Source: Myxococcales bacterium
GTDB lineage: Bacteria > Myxococcota_A > Polyangia > Polyangiales > DASUME01
Assembly: GCA_047601445.1 (NCBI GenBank)
Contig: JASGJH010000001.1
Coordinates: forward strand, 7,392,001-7,456,000
DNA length: 64,000 bases
Direction of reading: 5' to 3'
The first letter of the stretch is position 1, and each line of letters begins with the position of its first letter. A program made the position numbers and the translations under genes. The notes under the pieces are model-generated. The model was given only the letters and a program-made list of their open reading frames with translations. It searched no databases and was not told the origin of the DNA. Below, one piece after another: positions 49,848-59,976 of the stretch.

Positions 49848-50909
49848 GTGTGGCAGTACCTGCTCAAACGCATCCTGCTCATGATCCCGACCCTGGTCGG
49901 GGTCCTCACGCTCACCTTCGTGGTCACGCAGTTCGTGCCGGGGGGACCCATCGATCACGCGCTGAGTCAAATCGATCAGGAGAGCGTTCGCAGCGGCGGG
50001 GACGGCGGCGGAGCGAGCGCTGGAGGTTGGAGCTACAGCGGACGCCAGAGGGTCGACGAGAAGCAAGTACGTGAGCTACGCGCCCTGTACGGCTTCGACC
50101 GGCCGCCCTTCGAGCGCTACCTGTTGATGCTCGGGAACTTCGCGCGCTTCGAGCTGGGTGAGAGCTATTTCCGCAACGAGAGCGTTTGGTCTCTGATCCG
50201 CTCCAAGCTCGGCGTCTCGGTGTCCATCGGCGTCTGGACCTTTCTGCTCACGTATCTGGTGTCGGTGCCGCTGGGCATCGCCAAGGCGGTGCGCGCGGGC
50301 AGCCACTTCGATTTCGTCACCAGCCTGCTCGTGCTGGTGAGCTACGCGGTCCCGGGCTTCGTGCTCGGGGTGCTGCTGATCGTGCTGTTCGGCGGGGGCT
50401 CCTTCTGGGACCTTTTCCCCCTGCGTGGACTGACCTCGGACAACTGGAGTCAGCTCGGGCCGCTGGAAAGATTCACGGACTATATGTGGCACGTGACGCT
50501 GCCGGTGATCGCCTCGGTGGTCAGCACCTTCGCGCTCAAGACCCTGCTCACCAAGAACACCTTCCTCGAGGAGATCGGACGTCAGTACGTGCTCACCGCC
50601 CGCGCCAAGGGACTGTCGGAGCGCCAGATCCTCTACAAACACGTGTTCCGCAACGCGGTGCTGCCGCTCGTGACGGGCTTTCCCTCCGCGTTCATCGCGG
50701 CCTTCTTCACGGGCAGCCTGCTGATCGAGACTCTGTTCTCCCTGGATGGCCTCGGGCTCCTGTCGTTCGAGTCGATCAACAGCCGCGACTTCCCGGTGAT
50801 CCTCGGCGCGCTCTACCTATTCACGCTGATCGGCCTGCTCGTGAAGCTCGTCGGTGATATCGCGTACGTGCTGGTCGACCCACGGATCCGCTTCGACGCC
50901 CAGAGGTAG
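49848..50909 (+). CDS. yejB: Peptide-type ABC permease, YejB-like
   Basis: YLLKRILLMIPTL, LYGFDRP, QYVLTARAKGLSE, VDPRIRF. Confidence 0.9.
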   Translation: MWQYLLKRILLMIPTLVGVLTLTFVVTQFVPGGPIDHALSQIDQESVRSGGDGGGASAGGWSYSGRQRVDEKQVRELRALYGFDRPPFERYLLMLGNFARFELGESYFRNESVWSLIRSKLGVSVSIGVWTFLLTYLVSVPLGIAKAVRAGSHFDFVTSLLVLVSYAVPGFVLGVLLIVLFGGGSFWDLFPLRGLTSDNWSQLGPLERFTDYMWHVTLPVIASVVSTFALKTLLTKNTFLEEIGRQYVLTARAKGLSERQILYKHVFRNAVLPLVTGFPSAFIAAFFTGSLLIETLFSLDGLGLLSFESINSRDFPVILGALYLFTLIGLLVKLVGDIAYVLVDPRIRFDAQR

Positions 50910-50913
50910 CCAG

Positions 50914-51966
50914 GTGAACCCGACCGCATTCTCGAGCCCCACAGCGCCCGGCCAGCGGCTATGGAGCCGCTTCAAGCGCAGGCGCCTCGGCTACTACAGT
51001 CTGCTCGTCTTTGTCGGTCTGTATGCCTTCAGCTTGGTGGGCGAGTTCGTCTCGAACGACCGACCGCTGGTGGTGCGCTACCAGGGGGAATGGTTCTTCC
51101 CGCTGTTGCACGACTATCCGGAGTCCACCTTCGGAGGGGCCCTGCCCATCGCGGCGGATTACAATGATCCATTCATCGTCGAGCGGCTCAAGAGCCCGGG
51201 AAATTGGGCGCTCTACCCACTCAATCCCTACTACTACGATACCCTCAACTACTTCTCGACCGCGGCCCACTTTCCAGGGCCCCCCTCGCGCGAGAACTGG
51301 CTAGGGACCGATATCGCGGGCTACGACATCGCGGCCCGCCTGCTGTACGGCTTCCGCGTATCGGTCACCTTCGCGCTGGCCCTCACCGTCGTCGGCATGG
51401 TGTTGGGTGTTCTGATGGGCGCCGTCCAGGGCTACTTCGCGGGCCGCGTCGATCTGCTGGCACAACGCCTGATCGAGGTCTGGGGATCGATGCCGGAGCT
51501 GTACCTCCTGATCATCTTCGCTTCGCTGTTCGACCACAGCTTTTTTCTGCTGTTCGTGTTGCTCTCGCTGTTCGGCTGGATGCACCTGTCGGAATACGTG
51601 CGAGCCGAGGTGCTGCGCAATCGGCAGCTCGAGTATGTGAAGGCGGCCCGCGCGCTCGGGCTCTCCAGTCGGCAGATCATCTGGCGTCACGTGCTGCCCA
51701 ATAGCCTCACGCCCGTGATCACGTTCCTGCCCTTCCGGATGAGCGCCGGAATCCTGGCGCTAGCCAGCCTCGACTTCCTCGGCCTCGGCGTGACCGCGCC
51801 GGCGCCGAGCCTCGGGCAGCTGCTGACGCAGGGCAAAGAGAACCTCGATGCCTGGTGGATCTCGGTCTTCACCTTCGGAGTCCTCGTGATCACCTTGCTC
51901 TTGCTCACCTTCATCGGAGACGCGTTACGCGACGCGCTGGATGCGCGTCTCTCGGAGGCACCATGA
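50914..51966 (+). CDS. yejE: Peptide-type ABC permease, YejE-like
   Basis: RFKRRRLGYYSL, EFVSNDRPL, NWLGTD, EYVKAARALG. Confidence 0.9.
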   Translation: MNPTAFSSPTAPGQRLWSRFKRRRLGYYSLLVFVGLYAFSLVGEFVSNDRPLVVRYQGEWFFPLLHDYPESTFGGALPIAADYNDPFIVERLKSPGNWALYPLNPYYYDTLNYFSTAAHFPGPPSRENWLGTDIAGYDIAARLLYGFRVSVTFALALTVVGMVLGVLMGAVQGYFAGRVDLLAQRLIEVWGSMPELYLLIIFASLFDHSFFLLFVLLSLFGWMHLSEYVRAEVLRNRQLEYVKAARALGLSSRQIIWRHVLPNSLTPVITFLPFRMSAGILALASLDFLGLGVTAPAPSLGQLLTQGKENLDAWWISVFTFGVLVITLLLLTFIGDALRDALDARLSEAP

Positions 51967-53568
51967 CCGACTCCTCGCTGCTGAGCTTGAAAGGCGTATC
52001 GATCTCGTTTCGCGGCAAGCCCGCGGTGGAGGATCTCGAGCTTGTCGGTCCAGGCTGGCGAACGGCTCGCGCTGGTCGGCGAGTCCGGGTCCGGAAAGAC
52101 GGTGACGGCGCTCTCGGTGTTGCGGCTTTTGCGTGGAGCCAAAGTGGAAGGCAGCATCCGCCTCAACGGCGACGAGCTGACCAGCAAGTCCGAGGCGGAG
52201 CTGCGCAGCATCCGCGGCTCTGAGGTCGCCATGATCTTCCAGGAGCCGATGACCGCGCTGAATCCGCTGTTCACCATCGGCAACCAAGTCCAGGAGACCT
52301 TGTCGCTCCACGAGCGCATCTCTCTGCGCGCTGCGCGCACGCGGGCGGTGGAGCTCCTGGCGCGTACCGGGGTGCGTTTTCCCGAGCGCAAGGTCGACTG
52401 CTTTCCGCACCAGCTCTCGGGCGGGGAGCGCCAGCGCGCCATGATCGCCATGGCGCTCGCTTGTCGGCCGCGCCTGTTGATCGCCGACGAGCCCACCACG
52501 GCACTCGATCTGTCGGTGCGGGCTCGCATCGTGCAGCTGCTCCTGGACCTGCAGCGGGAGGAGAACGAGCGACCGGACGGTAACGGCATGGCGATCATGC
52601 TGATCACCCACGATCTGCCCCTGGTGCGGCGCTTCGCGCAACGCGTGGCGGTGATGGAGCGGGGTCGTCTGATAGAGATGGGCCCCACAACGCAGGTCTT
52701 CGAGGCCCCACAGCACCCGTACACCCAGAAGCTCCTGGCCAGCGTGCCCGAGCGCAGGATCGATCGCGTAGCCGAGGACTCAGCCGTGGTGCTGGCCACG
52801 CGTGAGCTCCGCGTGGCGTACCGTCGACCCCGTCCGGGCCTGAGCGGCTGGTTTTCCTCGCAAACTCAGCTGGCGCTGGTGGGGGCGAACCTGGAGTTGA
52901 GGGCGGGCGAGACGATCGGCGTGGTGGGCGAGTCTGGCTCGGGCAAGTCGACGCTGGCCCAGGCCATCCTGGGCTTGATTGCCGCGGAGTCGGGTCAGAT
53001 CGAGTTCGAAGGGGAGCCGCTCGCCAGCCGGCGTGCGCGCGACGAGCGGGGCTTCCGATCACGCCTGCAGGTTGTCTTTCAGGACCCCTTCGGCTCGCTG
53101 TCGCCGCGCCGGACCGTGTGCCAGATCGTGGGCGAGGGCCTGGAGCTGCATTTCCCCGAACTGAATGAGGCGCAACGGATGGAGCGCATCGAAGGCGTGC
53201 TATCCGACGTGGGCCTGCCGTCGAGCGCCCTCGACGCCTACCCGCACGAATTTTCGGGCGGTCAGCGCCAGCGCATCGCCATCGCGCGCGCCATCGTGCT
53301 CAGACCGCGCGTGCTGGTGCTGGATGAACCGACCTCGGCCCTCGACTTGTCCATCCAGAACCAGGTGCTCAAGCTGCTGGTGGCCCTGCAGCAGAAGTAC
53401 GGCCTGAGTTACGTGCTCATCAGCCACGACCTGACGGTGATCCGGGCCCTCGCGCACCGCGTCTACGTGATGAAGGACGGCGAGTTCGTGGAGGCCGGTG
53501 AGACCACGAGCGTGATCGAACGTCCGCAACACGCCTATACACGCAGCCTGGTCCAGGCATCGATGTGA
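51963..53568 (+). CDS. yejF: Dual-NBD ABC ATPase, YejF-like, frameshifted at about 52037
   Basis: Two GESGSGK motifs with LSGG/FSGG signatures; N-terminus MTDSSLLSLKGVSISF is in another frame and overlaps the yejE stop. Confidence 0.9.
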
Positions 53569-53578
53569 TCGCAGCGCC

Positions 53579-55618
53579 ATGCCCAGCCCTCTCTTCCGCC
53601 CCGCTTCCTCCTCGACGCTTCCGCTGCAGCTCCTGCGCATCGCGGTGGCCCCGGCTGCCGTCGCGTTTGCCCTGGCGTTGCCCACTCGGGCTGCAGCCGA
53701 GCACGCCATGGCTTTCTTTGGACAGCCCAAGTACCCTGCGACGTTTTCGCACTTCGACTACGTGAACCCAAACGCCCCGCGCGGCGGCACGCTGACGCTG
53801 TCCGTGGTCAGCCAGAACAGCAGCTTCGACAAGTTCAATCCCTTCAGCCTGAAGGGTAAGCCAGCTCCAGGGTTGACCGAGCTGGTGTTCGAGACTCTGA
53901 CGGTGCTGAGTCTCGACGAGCAGAACACGCAGTACGGATTGTTGGCGGACGACATCCGCGTGGCGCCGGACTTCTCGGCCGTGGAGTTCCATCTACACCC
54001 GGCGGCACGCTTTAGCGACGGCGCGCAGGTCACGGCCGAAGACGTGAAGTACTCCTTCGTAACCCTGACGAGCAAGCAAGCCAGCCCACGCTTCAAGGCC
54101 TATTTCGCCGAGATTGCACGTGCGGTCGTGGTCGATCGGGCTACCGTGCGCTTCGAGTTCAAGCGCAAAGGGCGCGATTCTTCTTTCGTGGCCGGCAGCT
54201 TGCCCGTGTTCTCACGCCGCTGGGGAGCCAAGCCTGGTCGCGCTCAGGTACCCTTCGACCAACTGCGGCTCGAAGATCCGCTGGCATCGGGTCCCTACCT
54301 CATCGAGCGCGCGACGAGCGGCCAGGACATCGTCTATCGCCGCAATCCGGGGTATTGGGGCGACGCCACACCCGCGCGCCGGGGCATGTTCAACTTCGAG
54401 CGCGTCTCCTACAAGCTCTACAAGGACGCGGATACGCAGGTCGCGGCGCTGCGGGCGGGCGAGTTCGATTTCTTCAGCGAGAATCGCATGCGCTACTGGT
54501 GCTGCCAGTTCATCGGCAAGCGCTTCGACGAGGGCGAGCTGATCGAGGAGATCGTCCCGCACGAGAATCCTCCTGCCATGAACGGCTGGGTGATGAACCT
54601 GCGCAAGGAGCGCTTTCGCGACCCACGCGTGCGCGAGGCCATCAACTACGCGCACGACTTCGAGTGGGTCAACGACAAGATCTTCGCCAGCGAGTTCGAG
54701 CGCGTGACCAGCTACTTCTCCGGCACGCCGCTCGCCGCCCGAGGCTCTCCCAGCGCCGAGGAGCTCGCGATCCTGGAGCGCTATCGCGGGGAGATCCCCG
54801 ACGCCGCATTCGGACCGATGTTCGAGCAGCCCTCCACGCGGCCGCCGAGCAGCCTGCGACAAAACCTGAGCCGCGCGCTCGAGCTGTTCGCCGAGGCAGG
54901 CTGGAAGAACGTGGATGGCGTACTGCGCAACGCTCGGGGCGAACCCTTCGTGATCGAGGTCGCCGGGACTCGCATGCAGGGACCCTATGCGGACGCCTAC
55001 TACCTCAACCTGGCGAAGCTGGGTGTCGTGATCCGCAAGCGCCTCTCGGACACCGCCACCAGCCGGCAAAACTTGAGCAACTTCGACTTCGACTTCGCCT
55101 CGACGGCGCTGCGCGAGGCTCGCATGCCGGGCGCCGAGCTGTGGCGCAGCTTCAACAGCGCGGACGCCGACAAGCCGGGTTCCGACAACGTGGCGGGGGT
55201 CAAGTCGCGGGCGATCGATGAGCTGGTGCAGCGTCTGCTCGATGCGAGCAGCCAGGAAGAGCTCGAATTGACCGCGCGCGTGCTCGATCGGGTGCTCACG
55301 CATAGCCACTACATCGTGCCTTGGCGCTACCTGACCAAGCACTACCTCATCTACAATCGCCGCCTGGGGCAGCCGAGTGCGCGCCCGCGCTACTACGGAG
55401 CCTACGAATGGGCCCTGGGGACCTGGTGGGACGGCGCGAGCCACCTGGCCAAGGCGGCGCCGCCAGCGGTGGCCTCGAAGACCAGCTCCTCGTCGCCGGG
55501 CACACGTACCCTGCTCTCGGCCGCTCTGCTCGCGGTGCTCGCCTGGACGAGCCTGCGTAGCCTGCGCGCCAAGCGGCACGCCGAGCGTGGCGCCGCGCCG
55601 CCGCGCACGGCGGCCTGA
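53579..55618 (+). CDS. yejA: Family 5 solute-binding protein, YejA-like, with a C-terminal membrane anchor
   Basis: PKYPATFSHFDYVNPNAPRGG, FDKFNPF, FRDPRVREAI; terminal hydrophobic helix and basic tail. Confidence 0.88.
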   Translation: MPSPLFRPASSSTLPLQLLRIAVAPAAVAFALALPTRAAAEHAMAFFGQPKYPATFSHFDYVNPNAPRGGTLTLSVVSQNSSFDKFNPFSLKGKPAPGLTELVFETLTVLSLDEQNTQYGLLADDIRVAPDFSAVEFHLHPAARFSDGAQVTAEDVKYSFVTLTSKQASPRFKAYFAEIARAVVVDRATVRFEFKRKGRDSSFVAGSLPVFSRRWGAKPGRAQVPFDQLRLEDPLASGPYLIERATSGQDIVYRRNPGYWGDATPARRGMFNFERVSYKLYKDADTQVAALRAGEFDFFSENRMRYWCCQFIGKRFDEGELIEEIVPHENPPAMNGWVMNLRKERFRDPRVREAINYAHDFEWVNDKIFASEFERVTSYFSGTPLAARGSPSAEELAILERYRGEIPDAAFGPMFEQPSTRPPSSLRQNLSRALELFAEAGWKNVDGVLRNARGEPFVIEVAGTRMQGPYADAYYLNLAKLGVVIRKRLSDTATSRQNLSNFDFDFASTALREARMPGAELWRSFNSADADKPGSDNVAGVKSRAIDELVQRLLDASSQEELELTARVLDRVLTHSHYIVPWRYLTKHYLIYNRRLGQPSARPRYYGAYEWALGTWWDGASHLAKAAPPAVASKTSSSSPGTRTLLSAALLAVLAWTSLRSLRAKRHAERGAAPPRTAA

Positions 55619-55804
55619 GCTTCGCGAGTAAAACGCGCTCACACGAGTTCGCGCCGGTGCGTCGTCCGGCGCAACGCGACCGCGGGCCTGCGTCACCCTG
55701 AGCGTCTGACCGCACGAACGATGCCCGAAACTCTCGGGCGCGTAACGCACGTGTTGCGTCGTCCGCGCGCGCTCACAGTGCCTGCATTAAAGCCTCACTT
55801 GAGT

Positions 55805-55820
55805 GTCTTGTATACTGGAC
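55805..55820. promoter_or_regulatory. Island operator GTCTTGTATACTGGAC (TonB receptor-TolC)
   Basis: Contains -10-like TATACT; about 65 nt before GTG 55887. Confidence 0.82.
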
Positions 55821-55886
55821 GATCGTCCTTTGCTGTGCTTGGCTGCGCGCATCAACCGCTACGCCATCCATTCACGAGGAACCGAA

Positions 55887-58514
55887 GTGAAAACCCCCCG
55901 AACCAGTGCACGGGCCCGCGCTCGTTGGGCCGTAGCCGTGCCGTTGCTCCTGACGGCCGCAGGCTCCATCTCGACCATGTCTCGCGTCCACGCCCAGGCA
56001 GCTCCCGAAGCGCCTGCGCCCGTGGTGCCCGCGCCGAGCGAGCCGCCTCCAGTGGCTCAGCCCGCGCCCGCGGCTCCAGCTCAGCCCGCTCCGGCTGCGC
56101 CCCAGAGCCCCGCGCCGGCGCCCGAGCCTGCGCAGGCCGCACCCGCGCCAGCTGCTCCGCCAGTACCACCGGCGTCGGTGGAGGCCCCAGTTGCCGCTCC
56201 GCCCGCGGCGCCCGTCGCGGCGCCGGTGCAGTACGAGCCGCAGCCCGTCGCCGGGGATGTCGCGTTGGAGGCCGGCGTCGAGCCTGCTCCCGTGCAAGCC
56301 GAGGTGGAGGCCAACGAGCCTACCAAGGTGCTCTCGGACGTGGTCGTGACCGCCCAGAAGCGCGAAGAGCGCGCCCAGGACGTGTCCACCGCCATCACGT
56401 CGGCCAACACCAAGCAGCTGCAGGCCGCCAACCTGGTCGGGTCCACCGACGTCGAGCGCCTCACGCCCAACCTGTCCGGTCAGCAGAGCGGAACGCGCAG
56501 CGCACGACCGCGCTGGTTCTTGCGCGGCATCGGCTCCAACGATCCGTCGGTGAACCTCGAGTCGCCGACCGGCGTGTACCAGGACGAGGTGTATATCGCG
56601 TATGGACCGCTGCAGTCGTTCCCGCTGTTCGACCTGGAGCGGGTCGAGGTCCTCAAGGGACCGCAAGGCACCCTGTGGGGCAAGAACACCACCGGTGGCG
56701 CCATCCATTTCGTCTCGAAGAAGCCGAGCTTCACGCCGAGCGGCTACCTGCGCGGCACCATCGGCAACTACGGCACGCGCGGCATGGACGGCGGCTTCGG
56801 CGGCCCCGTGATCGGCAAGGTGTTGGCGGCTCGTGGCGCCTTCTCGTACGAGGGGCAGGAAGGCTGGGCCCGTAACAAGTGGGACGACACTTATGGCCCG
56901 CAGTACCAGGACATCGCCACGCGTCTCTCGTTGCTCGCCGATTTGGGTGAGAACCTGGAGATCAACGTCACCGGTCGCTTCCGCAACCTGAACAACGCCG
57001 CTGGTATCACGTACCCGATCGGGGCGTTGCCGGGTGGCGAGATTCAGCAGTACCCGATGGCACCCAAGACCTATACCCCGTCCTATGGGAAGCATCCCGA
57101 GGCGACCGACCCTTTCTGGCGCGGACCCACCACGGGCATCCTGCGTAGCGAAGGCGCCACGGCCACCATCAACAACTACCTGGGCGACTACACGCTGACC
57201 TCGGTCACCGGCATCGACAACGCGAAGAACACCACCAACACCGAGGCGCACTGGCCAAACCCGACCTTCGACCGGGCCGCCAGCTACGCCAACATCAGCT
57301 CGTTTCAAGCTACCCAGGAGCTGCGCATCACGTCGCCCCAGAAGGATCGCTTGAGCTGGATCGCCGGCTTCCACTACTTCTACTGGGACCTCGACAGCGA
57401 CGCGGCCGCGGCCAACTTCAGCCCCACCGCCATGCGGCAGAGCTTCCAGGACAACACGTTCCACCAGAAGAACAACGCGACCGCAGGTTTCGTCAGCGCC
57501 AAGCTGAGGATCCTCGACGGTCTCTCGATCACCGGCGGCCTCCGCTACACGTACGACAAGAAGAAGATCTCGGCGGTGCGCCGCAGCCAGCGTGGCGCCG
57601 CAGTGAACTACCTCGACGACCAGGCCTGGTACGACCCCGATCTGCTCGCCAACGATCCCGATGTGATCAAGAAGCGCGCCCACAAGGGCTGGTCGCAGGT
57701 CACCTTCGACGTCACGCCTGAATACAAGATCACGGACGACGTGCTGGCGTACTTCAAGTTCGCCAAGGGCTTCCGCGCCGGTCAATTCAACCCCACCATC
57801 CTGGCCGCGGTCGGCGACCGCCCCGCGAACCTCCCGGTGGCCAACCCCGAGGTCCTCTACGACTGGGAGCTCGGCCTGAAGACGTCTTGGTTCGACGATC
57901 GCTTGATCGCCAACGTGGCCGCCTTCTACTACCTGCTCAAGGACGCGCAGCTCAACGTGCAGCAGCCGAATCCCATGGGCATTCCGGGCGCCAACACCAG
58001 CTCGGTGCAGAACGCCGCGGGCGGCAAGATCAAGGGCATCGAGCTCGAGCTCGAGGCGCTGCCCTTCGACACCATCCGCCTGCGCTCGGGTATCGGTCTG
58101 CTGAAGACCGAGTACACCGACTTCCAAACCTTCCAGGGCACCGAGGCGGTCGACGCCAGCGGCAACAAGTTCTACCGCACGCCCTCGTTCTCTGGCTCGT
58201 TCGGCGCCGAATATCGGCTCCCCATCGGTGAGACCCAGGCCGTCACGGCCGGTACGGACTGGACGGTTCGTAGCCGCATCTATCACAACGCCGTGGTTCA
58301 GGACGACAAGCAGCAGCAGACGCCGGCCTACGCGCTCGGCAACGTCGAGCTGCGCTACTCGTTCGCCAACGAGCGCTTCACGCTGCAGGGCTACGTGCGC
58401 AACGTGGCCGACACGACCTACAGGATCCTGTCCACCGTCGTGAACTCGGGCGCCTATCCCACGTACATCGGTCCGCCGCGTACGTACGGTCTGCAGCTGA
58501 TCGCGAAGCTCTGA
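55887..58514 (+). CDS. TonB-dependent outer membrane receptor
   Basis: Signal peptide, Pro/Ala linker, TonB box DVVVTAQKR, plug ERVEVLKGPQGTLWGKNTTGGAI, terminal PRTYGL. Confidence 0.95.
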   Translation: MKTPRTSARARARWAVAVPLLLTAAGSISTMSRVHAQAAPEAPAPVVPAPSEPPPVAQPAPAAPAQPAPAAPQSPAPAPEPAQAAPAPAAPPVPPASVEAPVAAPPAAPVAAPVQYEPQPVAGDVALEAGVEPAPVQAEVEANEPTKVLSDVVVTAQKREERAQDVSTAITSANTKQLQAANLVGSTDVERLTPNLSGQQSGTRSARPRWFLRGIGSNDPSVNLESPTGVYQDEVYIAYGPLQSFPLFDLERVEVLKGPQGTLWGKNTTGGAIHFVSKKPSFTPSGYLRGTIGNYGTRGMDGGFGGPVIGKVLAARGAFSYEGQEGWARNKWDDTYGPQYQDIATRLSLLADLGENLEINVTGRFRNLNNAAGITYPIGALPGGEIQQYPMAPKTYTPSYGKHPEATDPFWRGPTTGILRSEGATATINNYLGDYTLTSVTGIDNAKNTTNTEAHWPNPTFDRAASYANISSFQATQELRITSPQKDRLSWIAGFHYFYWDLDSDAAAANFSPTAMRQSFQDNTFHQKNNATAGFVSAKLRILDGLSITGGLRYTYDKKKISAVRRSQRGAAVNYLDDQAWYDPDLLANDPDVIKKRAHKGWSQVTFDVTPEYKITDDVLAYFKFAKGFRAGQFNPTILAAVGDRPANLPVANPEVLYDWELGLKTSWFDDRLIANVAAFYYLLKDAQLNVQQPNPMGIPGANTSSVQNAAGGKIKGIELELEALPFDTIRLRSGIGLLKTEYTDFQTFQGTEAVDASGNKFYRTPSFSGSFGAEYRLPIGETQAVTAGTDWTVRSRIYHNAVVQDDKQQQTPAYALGNVELRYSFANERFTLQGYVRNVADTTYRILSTVVNSGAYPTYIGPPRTYGLQLIAKL

Positions 58515-58530
58515 CCGACGGATCCCTGCC

Positions 58531-59916
58531 GTGAGCGCTCGCCGTACACTGCGCGTCGCTGCGCGCTGGCTCGTCCTTTCTGCCTTCGCGGCAGGCGGGG
58601 CGGGCCGTTCGCGCGCCCAGGATGTTCCAGGCGCCCACCAGGCCTCCTCACGTGTTTTGCGGCTCGAGGACGCCCTACGCATCGCCCGCGAGCGCCAACC
58701 GGCCTTGCGCAAGGTGCGCGCCGAGCATGATCAAGCCGAAGCTCGCCTGATCGCCGCGCGCGCTCCGCTGTTGCCCCAGCTCACGGGGACGGCGAGCTAT
58801 CAGCGCACGACGGGCAACTTCGTGCCTCGTCCGGGCCAGGTCCCGCGCACGGTCCCGGGGGCGACTGGCTCGAACGCGAGCCCCAACCGGGACCCGTATA
58901 CGCTGTACAACTTCTTCAACTTCGGCATCACGGCCAGCCAGCTCATCTATGACTTCGGAGCCTCGAGCGGCTCTTACCAGGCGAACCGCGAACTTCTGCG
59001 GGCCCAGGAGAGCGAGAGCGAGGCCACCTCGCAGGACGTGACTGCCCAGGTCAGCATGGCGTTCTTGCAAGCGCGTGCCTACCAGGAGCTCGTGGCCGTG
59101 GCCCGCGAGAACCTGGCCAACACCGAGCGCCACCGCGACCAGGCCCAGAGCTTCGTTAGCGCGGGCGCACGACCCGAGATCGATCTGGTGCAGGCCCGAG
59201 CGGACGTGGCGAACGCACGCGTGAAGCTCATCGAGGCAGAGAACGCCTACGCCATCGCCATCGCGGCCCTGGAGCAGGCCATGGGAAGGGACGACGCCGA
59301 GGCTTACGAGCTCTCGGAGGAGAGCGTGCCTCCGGTGCCATCGGAGGAGCAGGCGAGCTCCGAGCTCTACGCGACCGCGCTGCGCGCGCGTCCGGACCTC
59401 GCTGTGTTCGAGCACCGCGCACGTGCTCAGCGCCTGACGATCCGCGCCAACAAGGGCGGCTACGGTCCCGCCCTGAGCGCATCGACAAGCCTGACATCGG
59501 GCGGCACGCAGCTCGACGCTTTGGTGACCAACTGGAACGCCGGAGTGCTCCTGGTGTGGCCACTGTTCCAGGGGGGAGCGAGCCACGCGCGCGTGCTCGA
59601 GTCCCGCGCGGTGCACGAGAGCCTGCTCGCTGACCAGGACGCGGCGCGCCTCGCCGCACGCTTCGAGCTCGAGCAGGCCCGACTGGGGGTGCGCGCCGCC
59701 AAAGCCGTGGAGCAGGCGGCCCAGGAGGTGCAGGTCAACGCAGAGGAGCGTCTGCGGATGGCCGAGAAGCGCTACGCCGCAGGGGTCGGCAACGCCATCG
59801 AGTTGGGCGACGCGCGGGTCGCCTTGGCTACCTCGCAAGCCCAGCGCGTGCAGGCCACGTACAGCCTGGGCGCGGCGCGGGTATCCCTGCGCAAGGCGCT
59901 CGGGGACCTTCCCTGA
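58531..59916 (+). CDS. tolC: TolC-family outer membrane efflux protein
   Basis: LEDALRIA, LLPQL, SQLIYDFG, WPLFQGG, RYAAGVG. Confidence 0.9.
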   Translation: MSARRTLRVAARWLVLSAFAAGGAGRSRAQDVPGAHQASSRVLRLEDALRIARERQPALRKVRAEHDQAEARLIAARAPLLPQLTGTASYQRTTGNFVPRPGQVPRTVPGATGSNASPNRDPYTLYNFFNFGITASQLIYDFGASSGSYQANRELLRAQESESEATSQDVTAQVSMAFLQARAYQELVAVARENLANTERHRDQAQSFVSAGARPEIDLVQARADVANARVKLIEAENAYAIAIAALEQAMGRDDAEAYELSEESVPPVPSEEQASSELYATALRARPDLAVFEHRARAQRLTIRANKGGYGPALSASTSLTSGGTQLDALVTNWNAGVLLVWPLFQGGASHARVLESRAVHESLLADQDAARLAARFELEQARLGVRAAKAVEQAAQEVQVNAEERLRMAEKRYAAGVGNAIELGDARVALATSQAQRVQATYSLGAARVSLRKALGDLP

Positions 59917-59976
59917 TCTCTCGGGCCCCTGCGCTTGCCTCAGCTGCGTAGAGCTCGCTCCGGGGCGGCGTCGGAC

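Noticed and set aside
8252..52042. Calling the frameshifted genes pseudogenes or programmed frameshifts
   Set aside because: Each has one indel with intact motifs on both sides, in contexts typical of sequencing error.
55990..56260. Repetitive CCCGCG-rich DNA (also 22900-23200)
   Set aside because: Encodes the Pro/Ala linkers of the receptor and TonB; no repeat-spacer structure, so not CRISPR.
55872..58712. Long antisense ORFs (946 aa here; also 40171-41922, 42221-44050, 54212-55750, 28190-29572)
   Set aside because: Shadow frames of high-GC coding genes with no recognisable domains.
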